DNA of 64,000 bases from a plasmid. The stretch is from the sequence record NZ_CP069398.1; one strand, 5' to 3'. The notes beneath the pieces were generated by a model that made no database searches, was not told the DNA's origin, and saw only the letters and a program-made list of their open reading frames with translations. Made by a program: the position numbers and the translations under genes. Of this stretch, positions 1-9,594 are shown piece after piece; positions within the stretch are counted from its first letter, which is position 1; each line of letters starts with the position of its first letter.

Positions 1-152
1 CATATACTTCAATTTTTTCTTCCAAAACTAACTTCTGAAATTCATCATCGTTCCATTCATCTGCGTAAGATATACTGCTAAACGAAAATAGACCTAAAAT
101 CATTAATAAAAAGGCTTTAACTAAAATTCGATTCTTTACCACTTGATTTTCT
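1..152 (-). CDS. Partial CDS (5' end present, 3' end outside window). GTG start at 152 with RBS AAGGAGAG, N-terminal signal peptide (VVKNRILVKAFLLMILGLFSFSSISYA), secreted hypothetical protein.
   Basis: Own translation of the minus strand. It is not in the ORF track because it is truncated by the window edge. Confidence 0.3.
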
Positions 153-336
153 CTCCTTTTTCATATTTTGTCAACAATGAGAAATTATACTATATAAAAA
201 CAGAAAATGTAACAAAAATATACATAAAAATAATAATTTGTTATTTTTTTAGTTATATAGACCTGTCTGTAAGTTGACTAAAAAAGATATGTCATATTGT
301 AGTAACAATAATCGGGAAAAGATTCCATTGAATAAA

Positions 337-372
337 GAACGTTTGTTCGTATATAATAAAGAACAAACGTTC
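337..372 (+). promoter_or_regulatory. Two LexA (DinR) Cheo boxes, GAACGTTTGTTC (337-348) and GAACAAACGTTC (361-372), bracketing a TATATAAT -10-like element. SOS operator for the downstream Y-family polymerase.
   Basis: The GAAC-N4-GTTC Cheo consensus is seen twice, 30-55 bp upstream of the ATG at 393. The identical arrangement is at 20587-20624. Confidence 0.6.
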
Positions 373-392
373 TTTATTGAGGAGTACTTTCA

Positions 393-1658
393 ATGAACTA
401 TGAGCAGCTACCTAACAGAGTCATTATTTGCATCGACATGAAGTCGTTTTTTGCTTCGGTTTCTTCTGTCATACGGGGGTTAGATCCGTTAAAAACTAAG
501 CTTGCTGTTGTAGGAGATATCAAACGGTCGGGATCTGTTGTGTTAGCTGCCACACCTTTATTAAAGAAAGAAGGGATCAAAACCGGCAGCCGTCTTTTTG
601 AAATTCCTAAAAGGAAAGATATCCATGTAGTAAATCCATCAATGGAGAGATATATCAAAGCATCTAACTATATTTCAAGTTTGGTGTTACAGTATGTGGC
701 TCCTGAAGACTTTCATGCCTATAGCATTGATGAGTTGTTTATTGATGCGACTGCTTCTTTGCATTTATTTGCTCGAACACCAGAGGAACTAGCTCATCGT
801 ATACTTAATGAGATCTATCGCAAAACACGGCTGACAGCTACCGCAGGAATCGGTCCGAATCTCTTACTGTCTAAAGTTAGCTTAGATCATGAAGCGAAGC
901 ACAGTCCAACAGGGGTTGCGTATTGGAGATATGAGGATATTCCCTTTAAGTTATGGTCGATTCATCCAATGAAGGATTTCTGGGGGATCTCATCAGCTAC
1001 AGAAAGACGCTTAAACCGTTTAGGCATCTATACCATAAAAGAACTTGCTCTTTCCTCTAAAGAGATGTTACAAAAAGAATTTGGCATCATGGGACAGGAA
1101 CTTCACCAACATGCAAATGGTATTGATTTTAGTCGTATTTCGGATGTGTACATTCCTAGTTCCCGTTCCTTTGGGAAAAGTCAGATACTCTTTCGAGATT
1201 ATACAAGCCGAAAAGAAGTGGAATTATTACTATTGGAGCTATTGGACGATGTTTGCTTTCGTTTACGCATGCATCAAGTCGTGGCTCAAACGATCCATTT
1301 ATCGATTGGTTACAGCAAACAAACAGGTGGAGGCTTCTCCAGACAAAAGAAAATGGGGAGAGCTTCGAACTTAAGCCAAGATATTTTCCCGTACTGTTTA
1401 ACTATTTTACATACGCATGATAGTGGCATGCCGATTCGCTCCATTGGCATTTCCTTATCCAACACCAGCATTCAAGAAGAGGAGCAAATGAGCTTATTTG
1501 ATGACATCGATCAGCGTGAAAGAGCCTATGCTCTTGCCAAAACAATTGATGACATTCGGCTGCGTTATGGCAAGAATAGTGTACTACGTGCGTCTAGTCA
1601 CCTTCCTCATTCAACAGCTCGTTATCGAAATGGTCTTATGGGTGGCCATAAAGCTTAA
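393..1658 (+). CDS. Y-family translesion DNA polymerase (UmuC/DinB family, UvrX/YqjW-like).
   Basis: 421 aa. N-terminal IICIDMKSFFASV and DATASL motifs typical of the ImpB/MucB/SamB family. RBS GAGG 7 nt upstream. Preceded by LexA boxes. Confidence 0.85.
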   Translation: MNYEQLPNRVIICIDMKSFFASVSSVIRGLDPLKTKLAVVGDIKRSGSVVLAATPLLKKEGIKTGSRLFEIPKRKDIHVVNPSMERYIKASNYISSLVLQYVAPEDFHAYSIDELFIDATASLHLFARTPEELAHRILNEIYRKTRLTATAGIGPNLLLSKVSLDHEAKHSPTGVAYWRYEDIPFKLWSIHPMKDFWGISSATERRLNRLGIYTIKELALSSKEMLQKEFGIMGQELHQHANGIDFSRISDVYIPSSRSFGKSQILFRDYTSRKEVELLLLELLDDVCFRLRMHQVVAQTIHLSIGYSKQTGGGFSRQKKMGRASNLSQDIFPYCLTILHTHDSGMPIRSIGISLSNTSIQEEEQMSLFDDIDQRERAYALAKTIDDIRLRYGKNSVLRASSHLPHSTARYRNGLMGGHKA

Positions 1659-1671
1659 GGAGGAAAAAGAA

Positions 1672-2004
1672 ATGGAACCTAGAGGAATGAAAAAATGGCG
1701 TCCGTTCGCCACTATCCCAGAGCAATACATAGGATTAAAGGAAATGATAAATAAGCAAGCAGAAGTAGCTCAACCTGTTTTAACAGAAGAGCAAATGGAA
1801 CAAATCAATTTCACCCTTATTGAAGCCTTACATACAAATAAACAAGTTTATCTTACATACTACAAAAAGGGACAATGTATTACAGAAAAGGGATTCATCC
1901 AATTTGTTGATTCCCTGGGGAATTTGTTTGTTTTTATCGATGAAGTATTCGAATTAAAAAATAAAATGAGGTTAAGTGAGCTAATTGATGCTCGATTCGT
2001 GTAA
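1672..2004 (+). CDS. YolD-like protein (UmuD functional analogue), co-operonic with the Y-family polymerase.
   Basis: 110 aa from the ATG at 1672 with RBS AAGGAGG at 1657-1663. The ORF-track entry 1498..2004 is the same frame read from an upstream in-frame Met inside polY. The pairing mirrors B. subtilis uvrX-yolD and yqjW-yqjX. Confidence 0.7.
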   Translation: MEPRGMKKWRPFATIPEQYIGLKEMINKQAEVAQPVLTEEQMEQINFTLIEALHTNKQVYLTYYKKGQCITEKGFIQFVDSLGNLFVFIDEVFELKNKMRLSELIDARFV

Positions 2005-2201
2005 AGTTAAGATTAGTTGAATTATTTATACATTTGTTTACGCAAAACTTTTTCATATGAAGATACTTCGCTTTTCTTTCTTCGACTAGCTAGGTTGTTA
2101 GTTAAATGAGATCGGTAGCTTTACATTGAGAAGCATATGGCGTGAAATATTAACAGTTGTAAAAATTATTACAAGAGAAATGATTAAAGGGAGGAATTTT
2201 T

Positions 2202-2771
2202 ATGTCCATTAACACAGGGTCTAGAAGAGTGATTTTAGATTTAGCAGTTACTTTAGATGGATTTATTGAAGGGCCAAACGGAGAAATTGACTGGTGTATC
2301 ATGGATCCTGATATGGAGTTTACTCATTTCTTGAATCAAATTGATACTATTTTATATGGAAGAAAAAGCTACGAATTATGGGGAGAATACACTCCAAAAA
2401 CTGGAGATTCTGATACCGAAAAAGAAATGTGGGGATTAGTTCACAGCAAAGAAAAGTATGTTTTTTCTAGGACACAAAAAAGGGCTGATCATAAAGCAAT
2501 ATATATAAATGATAATATTTTGGAAGAAGTAAATAAATTAAAGAAAAAGCCTGGAAAAGATATCTAGCTATATGGTGGAGCAAGTCTTATTACAAATTTT
2601 ATAAATTTAGGGCTTGTAGATGAATTTAGATTATCGGTTCATCCTGTTGTTTTGGGAAGTGGAAAACCTTTATTTATTGACATAAAACAAAGGTTAAACC
2701 TTAAATTGGTTAATACAAAAACGTTTTCTTCTGGCGTTATCCAGCTGTGCTATCGCCTTAATGATAATTAA
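2202..2771 (+). pseudogene. Dihydrofolate-reductase-family (RibD C-terminal domain) gene interrupted by an in-frame amber codon at 2565-2567. TAG sits where the family's conserved Trp (TGG) of the K-D-I-W-L-Y-G-G motif is expected.
   Basis: ORF 2202..2567 (VTLDGFIEGPNGEIDW) continues in the same frame after the TAG as LYGGASLITNFINLGLVDEFRLSVHPVVLGSGKPLF to the TAA at 2769-2771. Confidence 0.55.
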
Positions 2772-2816
2772 TGAAATTCAAGAAAGCTTTTCTAATAAGA
2801 GTAAACAGAAAAGAGT

Positions 2817-2912
2817 GATTAACCTGGAAGAAATAAAGGAGCAAGAAATCGAGCTTAACGAAGTGTATGACTATACTGAATTTCCGGATAAGGTCTTAAA
2901 TGGACTAAACTA
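2817..2912 (+). pseudogene. 5' fragment of the small Zn-ribbon ORF (intact copy at 22518..22703). Its 3' remnant is at 4141..4260, carrying a 1-nt deletion. It is split by a 1.3-kb insertion carrying the methionine aminopeptidase gene.
   Basis: 2817-2900 aligns to 22518-22600, and 4141-4260 aligns to 22600-22703. Confidence 0.5.
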
Positions 2913-3189
2913 ATAAGAGGATATATGTTCAATATACGAGCATATATCCTCTTTTCTTATAAGTATTAGATTCGTTATTTAGATACTATACATATAGTTT
3001 AATATGTATATATTATAAAGGAGCTTATGTTTGTTACAAATGCAGGATGTAGCCTATAGTAGGAGACTCAATGAGGTCTTCAATCCGATCATTAATATGA
3101 CTTAGGAGGTGAGTGTTATGAGTTTTGTAACTTTGTAATAATAGGTATTAAGCAATCGGGCCAGTTTATGGAGGACCGGAAACATTACT

Positions 3190-3978
3190 TTGGATAAAAT
3201 GAAAGCATCAAAAAAATTGGAGGGTTCATACGTGACTGTTGAAGGTAAGCATGATATTGAAGGGCTTAAGGAAATCGGAAAAATCGTCGCTTTAACAATA
3301 AGTGAAATGAAAAATCAGACACGTGCCGGAATGACGACCAAAGAATTGGATGAAATCGGGGGACGCTTTTTAAAAAGATATGGTGCGGTCTCCGCACCAA
3401 AGATAACCTACAATTTTCCCGGTAACACATGCATTAGCATTAACCATGAAGTTGCTCACGGAATACCGGGGAATCGGAAGATTCAAGAAGGTGACCTAAT
3501 AAATATTGATGTCTCTGCTGAGTTAAATGGTTACTTTGCCGATGCAGGTCATTCCTTTCAGATTCCTTTATATAACCCTTCTGTAACACGTCTCTGTCAA
3601 TACACACACAATACCATGATGAAAGTTATTTCTTCACTTAAACATGGGGTGAGATTGAATGAAATCGGAAGAATTATTCAAAATGAAGCCCAAAAAGGTG
3701 GTTACAAGGTACTTACGGATCTTTGCAGTCACGGCATTGGAAGGTCTTTACATGAGGCACCTGAAGATATTTTACCTATCTATGACAAGTATGATAAACG
3801 GGTATTGAAAGAAGGTATGGTTATTACAATTGAGCCTTTTTTATCAACTGGAGCAGAGTATACAGTTGAAAGTTCGGATGGATGGACTTTATGTGTGCCC
3901 GATAATAGTCTTTGTGCACAATATGAGCACACAATAATTATTACAAGAGATCAACCGATAATTACAACGATAGCTTAG
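3190..3978 (+). CDS. map: Type I methionine aminopeptidase.
   Basis: 262 aa. Pita-bread fold motifs (HGIG, ITIEPF metal ligands). Hairpin terminators flank the gene at about 2906-2950 and 4053-4100. Confidence 0.85.
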   Translation: MDKMKASKKLEGSYVTVEGKHDIEGLKEIGKIVALTISEMKNQTRAGMTTKELDEIGGRFLKRYGAVSAPKITYNFPGNTCISINHEVAHGIPGNRKIQEGDLINIDVSAELNGYFADAGHSFQIPLYNPSVTRLCQYTHNTMMKVISSLKHGVRLNEIGRIIQNEAQKGGYKVLTDLCSHGIGRSLHEAPEDILPIYDKYDKRVLKEGMVITIEPFLSTGAEYTVESSDGWTLCVPDNSLCAQYEHTIIITRDQPIITTIA

Positions 3979-4370
3979 ATATTGTTTTCAGATGTTAGGT
4001 CCATAGATGTTTAAGGAAGTTCATCAAACGGGCGTATTTGTTGAGCAAAGATTAAAAGGTTAATACATATTAGTTATTTACAATATGTATTAACCTTTAT
4101 TTTCTATGTTTTTTTGATTTGAATCTTGATAATAAGGTCAGTGGCAGATGAGATAAATGCAATTCATCTTACTTCAAAAGTTCAGTAAAAGGTGGTATTT
4201 TCTTACGCGAATGTCGGGAATGCGGCATGAAGAAGAGTACCTAAATATAGATGTAGTTGTGTTTACTCATTTTTAGAATCTGAAATATATACCTTACTAC
4301 ACTGCCGATGCCTTTTATTACAATCTACTTTAGAAGTTAAGGCAGCCGTTGATTGCTCTTCCATTACCCT

Positions 4371-4772
4371 CTAATGATCACCTACTACTGCCTGTCCTGT
4401 CATCGTGAAAGTACGAAGTTTCCGAGGAATAAAAGCTCTTATCTCTTCTTCTTTATATCCGATTTGCAGTATTTTACGATCTTGTATAATAATAGGGCGT
4501 TTAAGTATAAAAGGATGACTCTTTATCAAATCATACAGACCCTGTAACGACAGTGTATCAATCTCTATATTTAACTTTTGAGGAATCTTTGACCTTGTAG
4601 AAATAATTTCATCTGTACCCTTTTCTGTCATACTAAGAATATTTTTAATTTCATCTTCTGTAATAGGTTCATACGATAGATTTCTTTCAATATAATCAAT
4701 TTGATGTTCCTCAAGCCAAGCCTTTGCTTTTCGGCAAGAAACGCAGCTGGTTGTCGTATATAGATTAATCAT
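4371..4772 (-). CDS. Spx/ArsC-family redox-sensing transcriptional regulator (Spx/MgsR-like). It is paralog 1; the second copy is at 22878..23285.
   Basis: N-terminal CxxC ([17 protein letters not shown]). The profile across the protein matches B. subtilis Spx. Confidence 0.8.
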   Translation of the reverse strand: MINLYTTTSCVSCRKAKAWLEEHQIDYIERNLSYEPITEDEIKNILSMTEKGTDEIISTRSKIPQKLNIEIDTLSLQGLYDLIKSHPFILKRPIIIQDRKILQIGYKEEEIRAFIPRKLRTFTMTGQAVVGDH

Positions 4773-5337
4773 TCTTTACACCTCGTCTATATGGATTTTT
4801 TTCTATCTTTAATTAATCAATGTAAATAAAAGTATATAGATTTCTAATAAGTAAAAGCCACTTGTATACTACAAGTGGCTTTTTGCTACGTTGAATACAC
4901 TAGATAATTCACGTATTATTTCCACCACTATTATAACATAGTTTATGTATCTGTTTAATGCATTTGGATCTTAATATAACTAAAATATGAAACATATGAT
5001 TCAGAACGCGAGACTAACCTTCTATGTTTTATAAACTTATTTCTTCAAATAGACATCCTCTTTGTTATTTAAGTGGGTATGTTCCTTATTCTTATTTAAA
5101 AACAGGACTTTGAATAAGAAAAGGGATAACTACTAAAGCTGTCATCCCTTTTCTTATTCATGGCAAGTGTATAGGTTTTATAACAAGGAAACGAAACATC
5201 TAATCCTACTTTTTACAGTGTCATTTGTTTCTAAGAGTTAGTATGGCGAGCACATAAGGTAAAATACATCCACTATTTACCATACATATACCTCTTCTAC
5301 AATAGGAAACTTAAAAGAAACAAGGAGGTGACACAAC

Positions 5338-5547
5338 ATGGCAAACAACAAAAGCAGCAACAACAATGAATTATTAGTATACGGTGCAGAGCAAGCAATC
5401 GATCAAATGAAATATGAAATCGCGAGCGAATTTGGTGTAAACCTTGGTGCTGACACAACTGCACGTGCAAACGGATCAGTAGGTGGCGAAATCACAAAAC
5501 GTCTTGTACAAATGGCTGAGCAACAACTTGGCGGTGGACGTTTCTAA
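5338..5547 (+). CDS. Alpha/beta-type small acid-soluble spore protein (SASP).
   Basis: 69 aa. EIASEFGV and GGEITKRLV signature. RBS AAGGAGGTG. Confidence 0.9.
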   Translation: MANNKSSNNNELLVYGAEQAIDQMKYEIASEFGVNLGADTTARANGSVGGEITKRLVQMAEQQLGGGRF

Positions 5548-5569
5548 TAAAATTTTATAATGATGGCCG

Positions 5570-5602
5570 AAGGAAGAATGGTTTCCCGTTCTTCCTTTTT
5601 TC
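5570..5602 (+). terminator. Rho-independent terminator of the SASP gene (GGAAGAA..TTCTTCC stem followed by a T-run).
   Basis: Hairpin plus TTTTTT seen in sequence. Confidence 0.7.
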
Positions 5603-5682
5603 GTTAGTGAAAAAGGAGGATAATAGCATGAGGGTGCAAGAGATTCTTGTATCGCACCCAATAGCTGGGAAAAATTCAGATT

Positions 5683-6342
5683 TTACGATGAAATTACTTT
5701 TTGAATCTGCTCATCAATATTCCCATTACTTAAGCCTCCGTGATAACAAACCACAGATTCAATATCCAGGTCTAGGTATTTCTTCAAAGAGAGTCGAGCC
5801 TCTTTTATATCCAGTACAGTTGGAACATGAATCCCCTCAATTATTCCGTTTACACTGTACATTGAGTCCCCAGCAATCAGTGTTTTACTCTTTTCCAAAT
5901 AGAGACTGATATGCCCTGGAGTATGTCCTGGAGTATGAATGACACGAATCCCGCCGCAATACGTAAGTTCTTGACCGTCTTTCAAGGTATCATCCACTTT
6001 GCTCTTTGGAGGATTCTCTACGTTCCCGTCTTTCAAAAGAGGTAAATCCCCTTGTATATAAGGCTTATCCAAAACGTGAGCATATACTTTAATATGATTA
6101 TACTCTTGTACTATCTCAGGAAGACTACCTATATGATCTATATCCTGATGTGTCAAAATTATAACTTTTAGTTTGTCGAACGATACTCCTACTTTATCCA
6201 TTGCCACGCGTAAATCTTCCATTTGTCCCGGGAATCCAGTGTCTATTAAAACGGCCATTTCTTGATCCCATAAAAGAGTTGGATGAATAATATATCCATG
6301 AAATTCAAGCTGGAGCATTTCTACCCCTTTAGAAATTTCCAT
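5683..6342 (-). CDS. MBL-fold metallo-hydrolase (metallo-beta-lactamase superfamily).
   Basis: THQDIDH (HxHxDH) motif and downstream His ligands. Confidence 0.8.
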   Translation of the reverse strand: MEISKGVEMLQLEFHGYIIHPTLLWDQEMAVLIDTGFPGQMEDLRVAMDKVGVSFDKLKVIILTHQDIDHIGSLPEIVQEYNHIKVYAHVLDKPYIQGDLPLLKDGNVENPPKSKVDDTLKDGQELTYCGGIRVIHTPGHTPGHISLYLEKSKTLIAGDSMYSVNGIIEGIHVPTVLDIKEARLSLKKYLDLDIESVVCYHGGLSNGNIDEQIQKVISS

Positions 6343-7016
6343 AACTTTAGTCTCCTTTATAATTAGATTTTATTGATGTAGGATAATAGGTTTGACTACA
6401 CCAGAAGGTTGAAAGAATACAGCCAATTTTGCACGTAAAATACTACCATTACGTAGTACCAAAAAATATTCATTATCACACTAACCATCTTCAAATTAAA
6501 TAACATAAACATCATATTAAATTCAGTTTCCTTCTCAAAAGTTCCTGCTATTTTTTATTGTTGAATGAGACATAAGGAAGTAAAAAAGAGAACACCATCT
6601 GAAGAAGGGTTCTCTTTTTTGGGGGCTTCCAATCAGCTTACATGTTTATTGCAAGTTTTTTTTAGATATTTAATTGAGTTGTTTAGATATTTTCCAACCT
6701 TTCATCCATTTCATGAAAAAATGGGCCGTTAGGACAACCCCTAGTATCTATAAGCCAATTACCTCTTACACAATTACCTACCGATCTCTTACTGAAGTAA
6801 GGGGTCTTTATTATTTTTTTGAGTGGGCAGGCAAGCCTACTGCAGTAGATACATAGTATCTAAAGAATTCCGACTCCCTTACCTAATTGGTATCTATTTC
6901 GGTAGCGTAATACATTAACCTTTGCGTAATTGAAGCTACTCTAAAAGAGAGGCTTTTTTAGAAGAATTTTAGGGTTTTAAATCCAAATAACAGGATAATA
7001 TTTACTTACAAAGCAA

Positions 7017-7343
7017 TTGAAGGTTGTAGAAATGGAGGGGAGTAAGTTGCCTAACAAAGAATATCCATACTATTTTATAAAGTTAGGTAAGTTATATTAT
7101 GTAAATGAATCATGTAGAAACGTAAAAAGGAAAGAGATCTCTAGTTACGAATTTACAAATAATGAATTGGTCGCATTTCCCTTTGACACACAATCCATTG
7201 CGAAACAGACTGCAGATGAATGTGGTGGTTATATTGTAGTTAGAAATGCTACATTTGATGATTATATTAGTCAAGGAGAACGTTGGAGTAAGTATATAGA
7301 TTATAATGGGAAAGACATATGGAAACTTTATAATGTTAAGTAA
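7017..7343 (+). CDS. Hypothetical protein with an uncertain start. It lies immediately upstream of the IS21 left end.
   Basis: ORF only. Confidence 0.35.
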   Translation: MKVVEMEGSKLPNKEYPYYFIKLGKLYYVNESCRNVKRKEISSYEFTNNELVAFPFDTQSIAKQTADECGGYIVVRNATFDDYISQGERWSKYIDYNGKDIWKLYNVK

Positions 7344-7531
7344 ATAATAAAATACTTTTACTACTGGTAATCAAACTTATGTAAATAAGTTTCCTATATA
7401 ATATATGTAATCAGCGACTGTAAAATACTCAATAACAGCGATTCCAAATTCCCCAATAATAACAGATAATCGTTTCAAGACAACATCATGGATGGAGTGG
7501 AGAAACGGTGCTGAAGATTGGGGAGTTTTTT

Positions 7532-8770
7532 ATGATTAGAGAATTGTTTCAAAAAGGTTGGACGAAAACAGCTATTGCAGAAGCAACGGGTTTCGATCGC
7601 AAAACAGTCAGTAAATACCTAAAAGATAACCAGTTACCTAAGCGTAAAGGAAGTAAACAGAAAAAAGAAAGCAAATTAACCCCTTACAAACCGTATATAC
7701 TTGGACGGCTTAAAGAGGGTACCACTAATTGCGTAGTCTTATTAGAAGAAATACAAGCAATGGGTTATGAAGGTCAGCTCACAATCTTAAGAGATTTTGT
7801 TCGTCCTCTTCGCCAACAACCAAAGAAACAGGCAACCTTACGGTTTGAAACGCCACCTGGAAAGCAAGCTCAAATGGACTGGGCGTATGTCGGGAAGTAC
7901 TTAGTAAATGATGTGCTGCAAGATGTATATGGATTTATCATGATTTTGGGTTATTCCCGGATGAAATATGTAGAATTCACAACGAATATGAACCTAGAAA
8001 CTTTAATGAAATGCCATATGAATGCTTTCTCTTATTTTAATGGGATACCAGACCAAATCCTTTACGATAACATGAAAACAGTGGTGATCAAGCACAGCCC
8101 AGTGGAAGTTCGTTTTAATCGGAAATTCGAAGATTTCTTGGCTTACTATGGAATTGTGCCAAAGGCCTGCCGTCCAAGGAGGCCTCAAACAAAAGGGAAA
8201 GTAGAAAGAACGGTAAAGTATTTAAAAGATAACTTTTTTCAAAGAAAACATGAACCAACACTGAATGCGTTAAACGAGGATATAAAAGAATGGTTAAATC
8301 AGGTGGCTAATAAAAAGGAAAATCAGACAACAAATGAAGCACCCTTTAAGAGGTTTGAGCAGGAACAGAAGTTCCTGAAGGCCTGGGGGGAAAAACCTTT
8401 ATTTCCTACTTCCCATTGGGAGCATAGAGAGGTTAGTCGAGATTGTTTTATATCATACGGGGGAAAACAATACTCCGTTCCTTATCGTTATGTTGGACAG
8501 ACCGTTAAAGTAAAGGAAACATTAAATCATCATATAGAAATATACGATGAACATGAATGTATAGCAAAACATCCTATTCTTACTGGAAACGCAACGACAC
8601 ATATCCGGATGGAACATTATCAAGGTTTACAGAAGACAGAGATGGGTCAGAAAGAGAAACACATTGAAGGTTTGGCGACCGATGTTTCTCAATCACAAGA
8701 CCCATCCCCTAAAGTAGAGAAACGTCCTCTCGCTGCTTACGCAGCATTAGAAGAAGGTGAACATGTATGA
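7532..8770 (+). CDS. istA: IS21-family transposase IstA.
   Basis: N-terminal HTH and DDE integrase core (KTVVIKHSPVEVRFNRKF). ATG at 7532 with RBS GGGGAG. Confidence 0.9.
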   Translation: MIRELFQKGWTKTAIAEATGFDRKTVSKYLKDNQLPKRKGSKQKKESKLTPYKPYILGRLKEGTTNCVVLLEEIQAMGYEGQLTILRDFVRPLRQQPKKQATLRFETPPGKQAQMDWAYVGKYLVNDVLQDVYGFIMILGYSRMKYVEFTTNMNLETLMKCHMNAFSYFNGIPDQILYDNMKTVVIKHSPVEVRFNRKFEDFLAYYGIVPKACRPRRPQTKGKVERTVKYLKDNFFQRKHEPTLNALNEDIKEWLNQVANKKENQTTNEAPFKRFEQEQKFLKAWGEKPLFPTSHWEHREVSRDCFISYGGKQYSVPYRYVGQTVKVKETLNHHIEIYDEHECIAKHPILTGNATTHIRMEHYQGLQKTEMGQKEKHIEGLATDVSQSQDPSPKVEKRPLAAYAALEEGEHV

Positions 8771-9531
8771 TGAACGAGCTCTTAATTGACCGGCTAAGGA
8801 AGCTTGGTTGGCACCATACAGCTAACCAACTAGATAGTGTATTAGAAGACGTATCTAAAGATAATGTATCATATTCTGAATTTCTTCACACCATCGTTTT
8901 ACAGGAAATAGAGAAGCAAGAGTCGGGACAATTGGAAAAACGAATGAAACAGGCAAAACTCCCTTATAACAAAACGATTCACGACTTTGATTTTACATTT
9001 CAACCAAGTCTTAGTGAGAAACAAGTAAAAGAGACACTTACGTGCCGATTTATCTCGAATGGAGAAAACCGAATTTTACTTGGTCCACCTGGTGTAGGGA
9101 AAACGCATTTAGCTATTTCTTTCGCGGTGGAGGCCATTACCAAAGGATATACAGCTCTCTTCTTAACCTCAGATGACTTAGTAGAACAATGCCGAAAGGC
9201 AAATGAGAAAGGTACCCTCCATCGGCTTGTCAATCGATGGAGCCGGCCAGATATTTTAATTATAGATGAAGTAGGATATTTTCCATTTGACGAACTCACA
9301 GCAAATGTTTTCTTTCAAGTTGTATCTAAACGGTATGAGAAAGGAGCAATGGTTTTAACATCAAATAAATCCTATCTTGATTGGGGAAACGTCTTTGGAG
9401 ATGAAGTGTTGGCAACAGCTGTATTAGATCGGCTTCTTCATCATGCGATTACATTTAATATAAAGGGAGATTCATATCGTCTACGCGAAAAGAAAAAGGC
9501 AGGAATTTATCCTGCCAAGTTGACTACTTAA
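8767..9531 (+). CDS. istB: IS21-family helper ATPase IstB.
   Basis: Walker A GPPGVGKTH and Walker B ILIIDEVG. The start overlaps the istA stop (ATGA). Confidence 0.9.
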   Translation: MMNELLIDRLRKLGWHHTANQLDSVLEDVSKDNVSYSEFLHTIVLQEIEKQESGQLEKRMKQAKLPYNKTIHDFDFTFQPSLSEKQVKETLTCRFISNGENRILLGPPGVGKTHLAISFAVEAITKGYTALFLTSDDLVEQCRKANEKGTLHRLVNRWSRPDILIIDEVGYFPFDELTANVFFQVVSKRYEKGAMVLTSNKSYLDWGNVFGDEVLATAVLDRLLHHAITFNIKGDSYRLREKKKAGIYPAKLTT

Positions 9532-9594
9532 CCGTTTATAACGGGGAATTTGTTTTCGCTGATATTGGGTAAATTTAAAACGTTGTTGACATTA

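Larger units (their letters stand above)
305..2004. repeat. Segmental duplication copy A1 (polY-yolD cassette and its promoter). About 88-90% identical to 20545..22252.
   Basis: Direct nucleotide comparison of 283-395 with 20520-20643. The two 421-aa proteins differ at about 8%. Confidence 0.85.
7406..9591 (+). mobile_element. IS21-family insertion sequence (istA-istB). The ends are TGT...ACA, with multiple subterminal CAGCGA..AAATTCCCC repeats at both ends.
   Basis: Left end 7406-7470 and the reverse complement of 9535-9591 share TGT termini and CAGCGAnnnnAAATTCCCC repeats. The right end lies 3 nt from the stop codon of the 706-aa endonuclease-like gene. Confidence 0.75.

Noticed and set aside
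398-658. Minus-strand ORFs antisense to both polY copies (398..658 and 20625..20906).
   Set aside because: They lie entirely inside well-supported Y-family polymerase genes and are conserved only because the sense strand is. They are spurious.
1045-1374. Plus-strand 109-aa ORF in an alternative frame within polY. Similar internal ORFs include 21404..21640, 8003..8188, 9000..9299, 13873..14079, 14554..14766, 16453..16743, 25362..25553 and 25972..26172.
   Set aside because: Overlapping frames inside confidently assigned genes. No RBS and no motif.
4850-4884. Hairpin with a T-run (AAAGCCACTTGTATACTACAAGTGGCTTTTT) upstream of the Spx paralog 1 start.
   Set aside because: It is a plausible bidirectional terminator with no gene to assign it to, so it is not listed as a feature. 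Similar hairpins at 5113-5160, 18738-18778 and 18907-18936 were treated the same way.
6674-6856. 60-aa plus-strand ORF in the spacer after the MBL hydrolase gene.
   Set aside because: No RBS and odd composition. It lies in a region with terminator-like hairpins and is probably noncoding.
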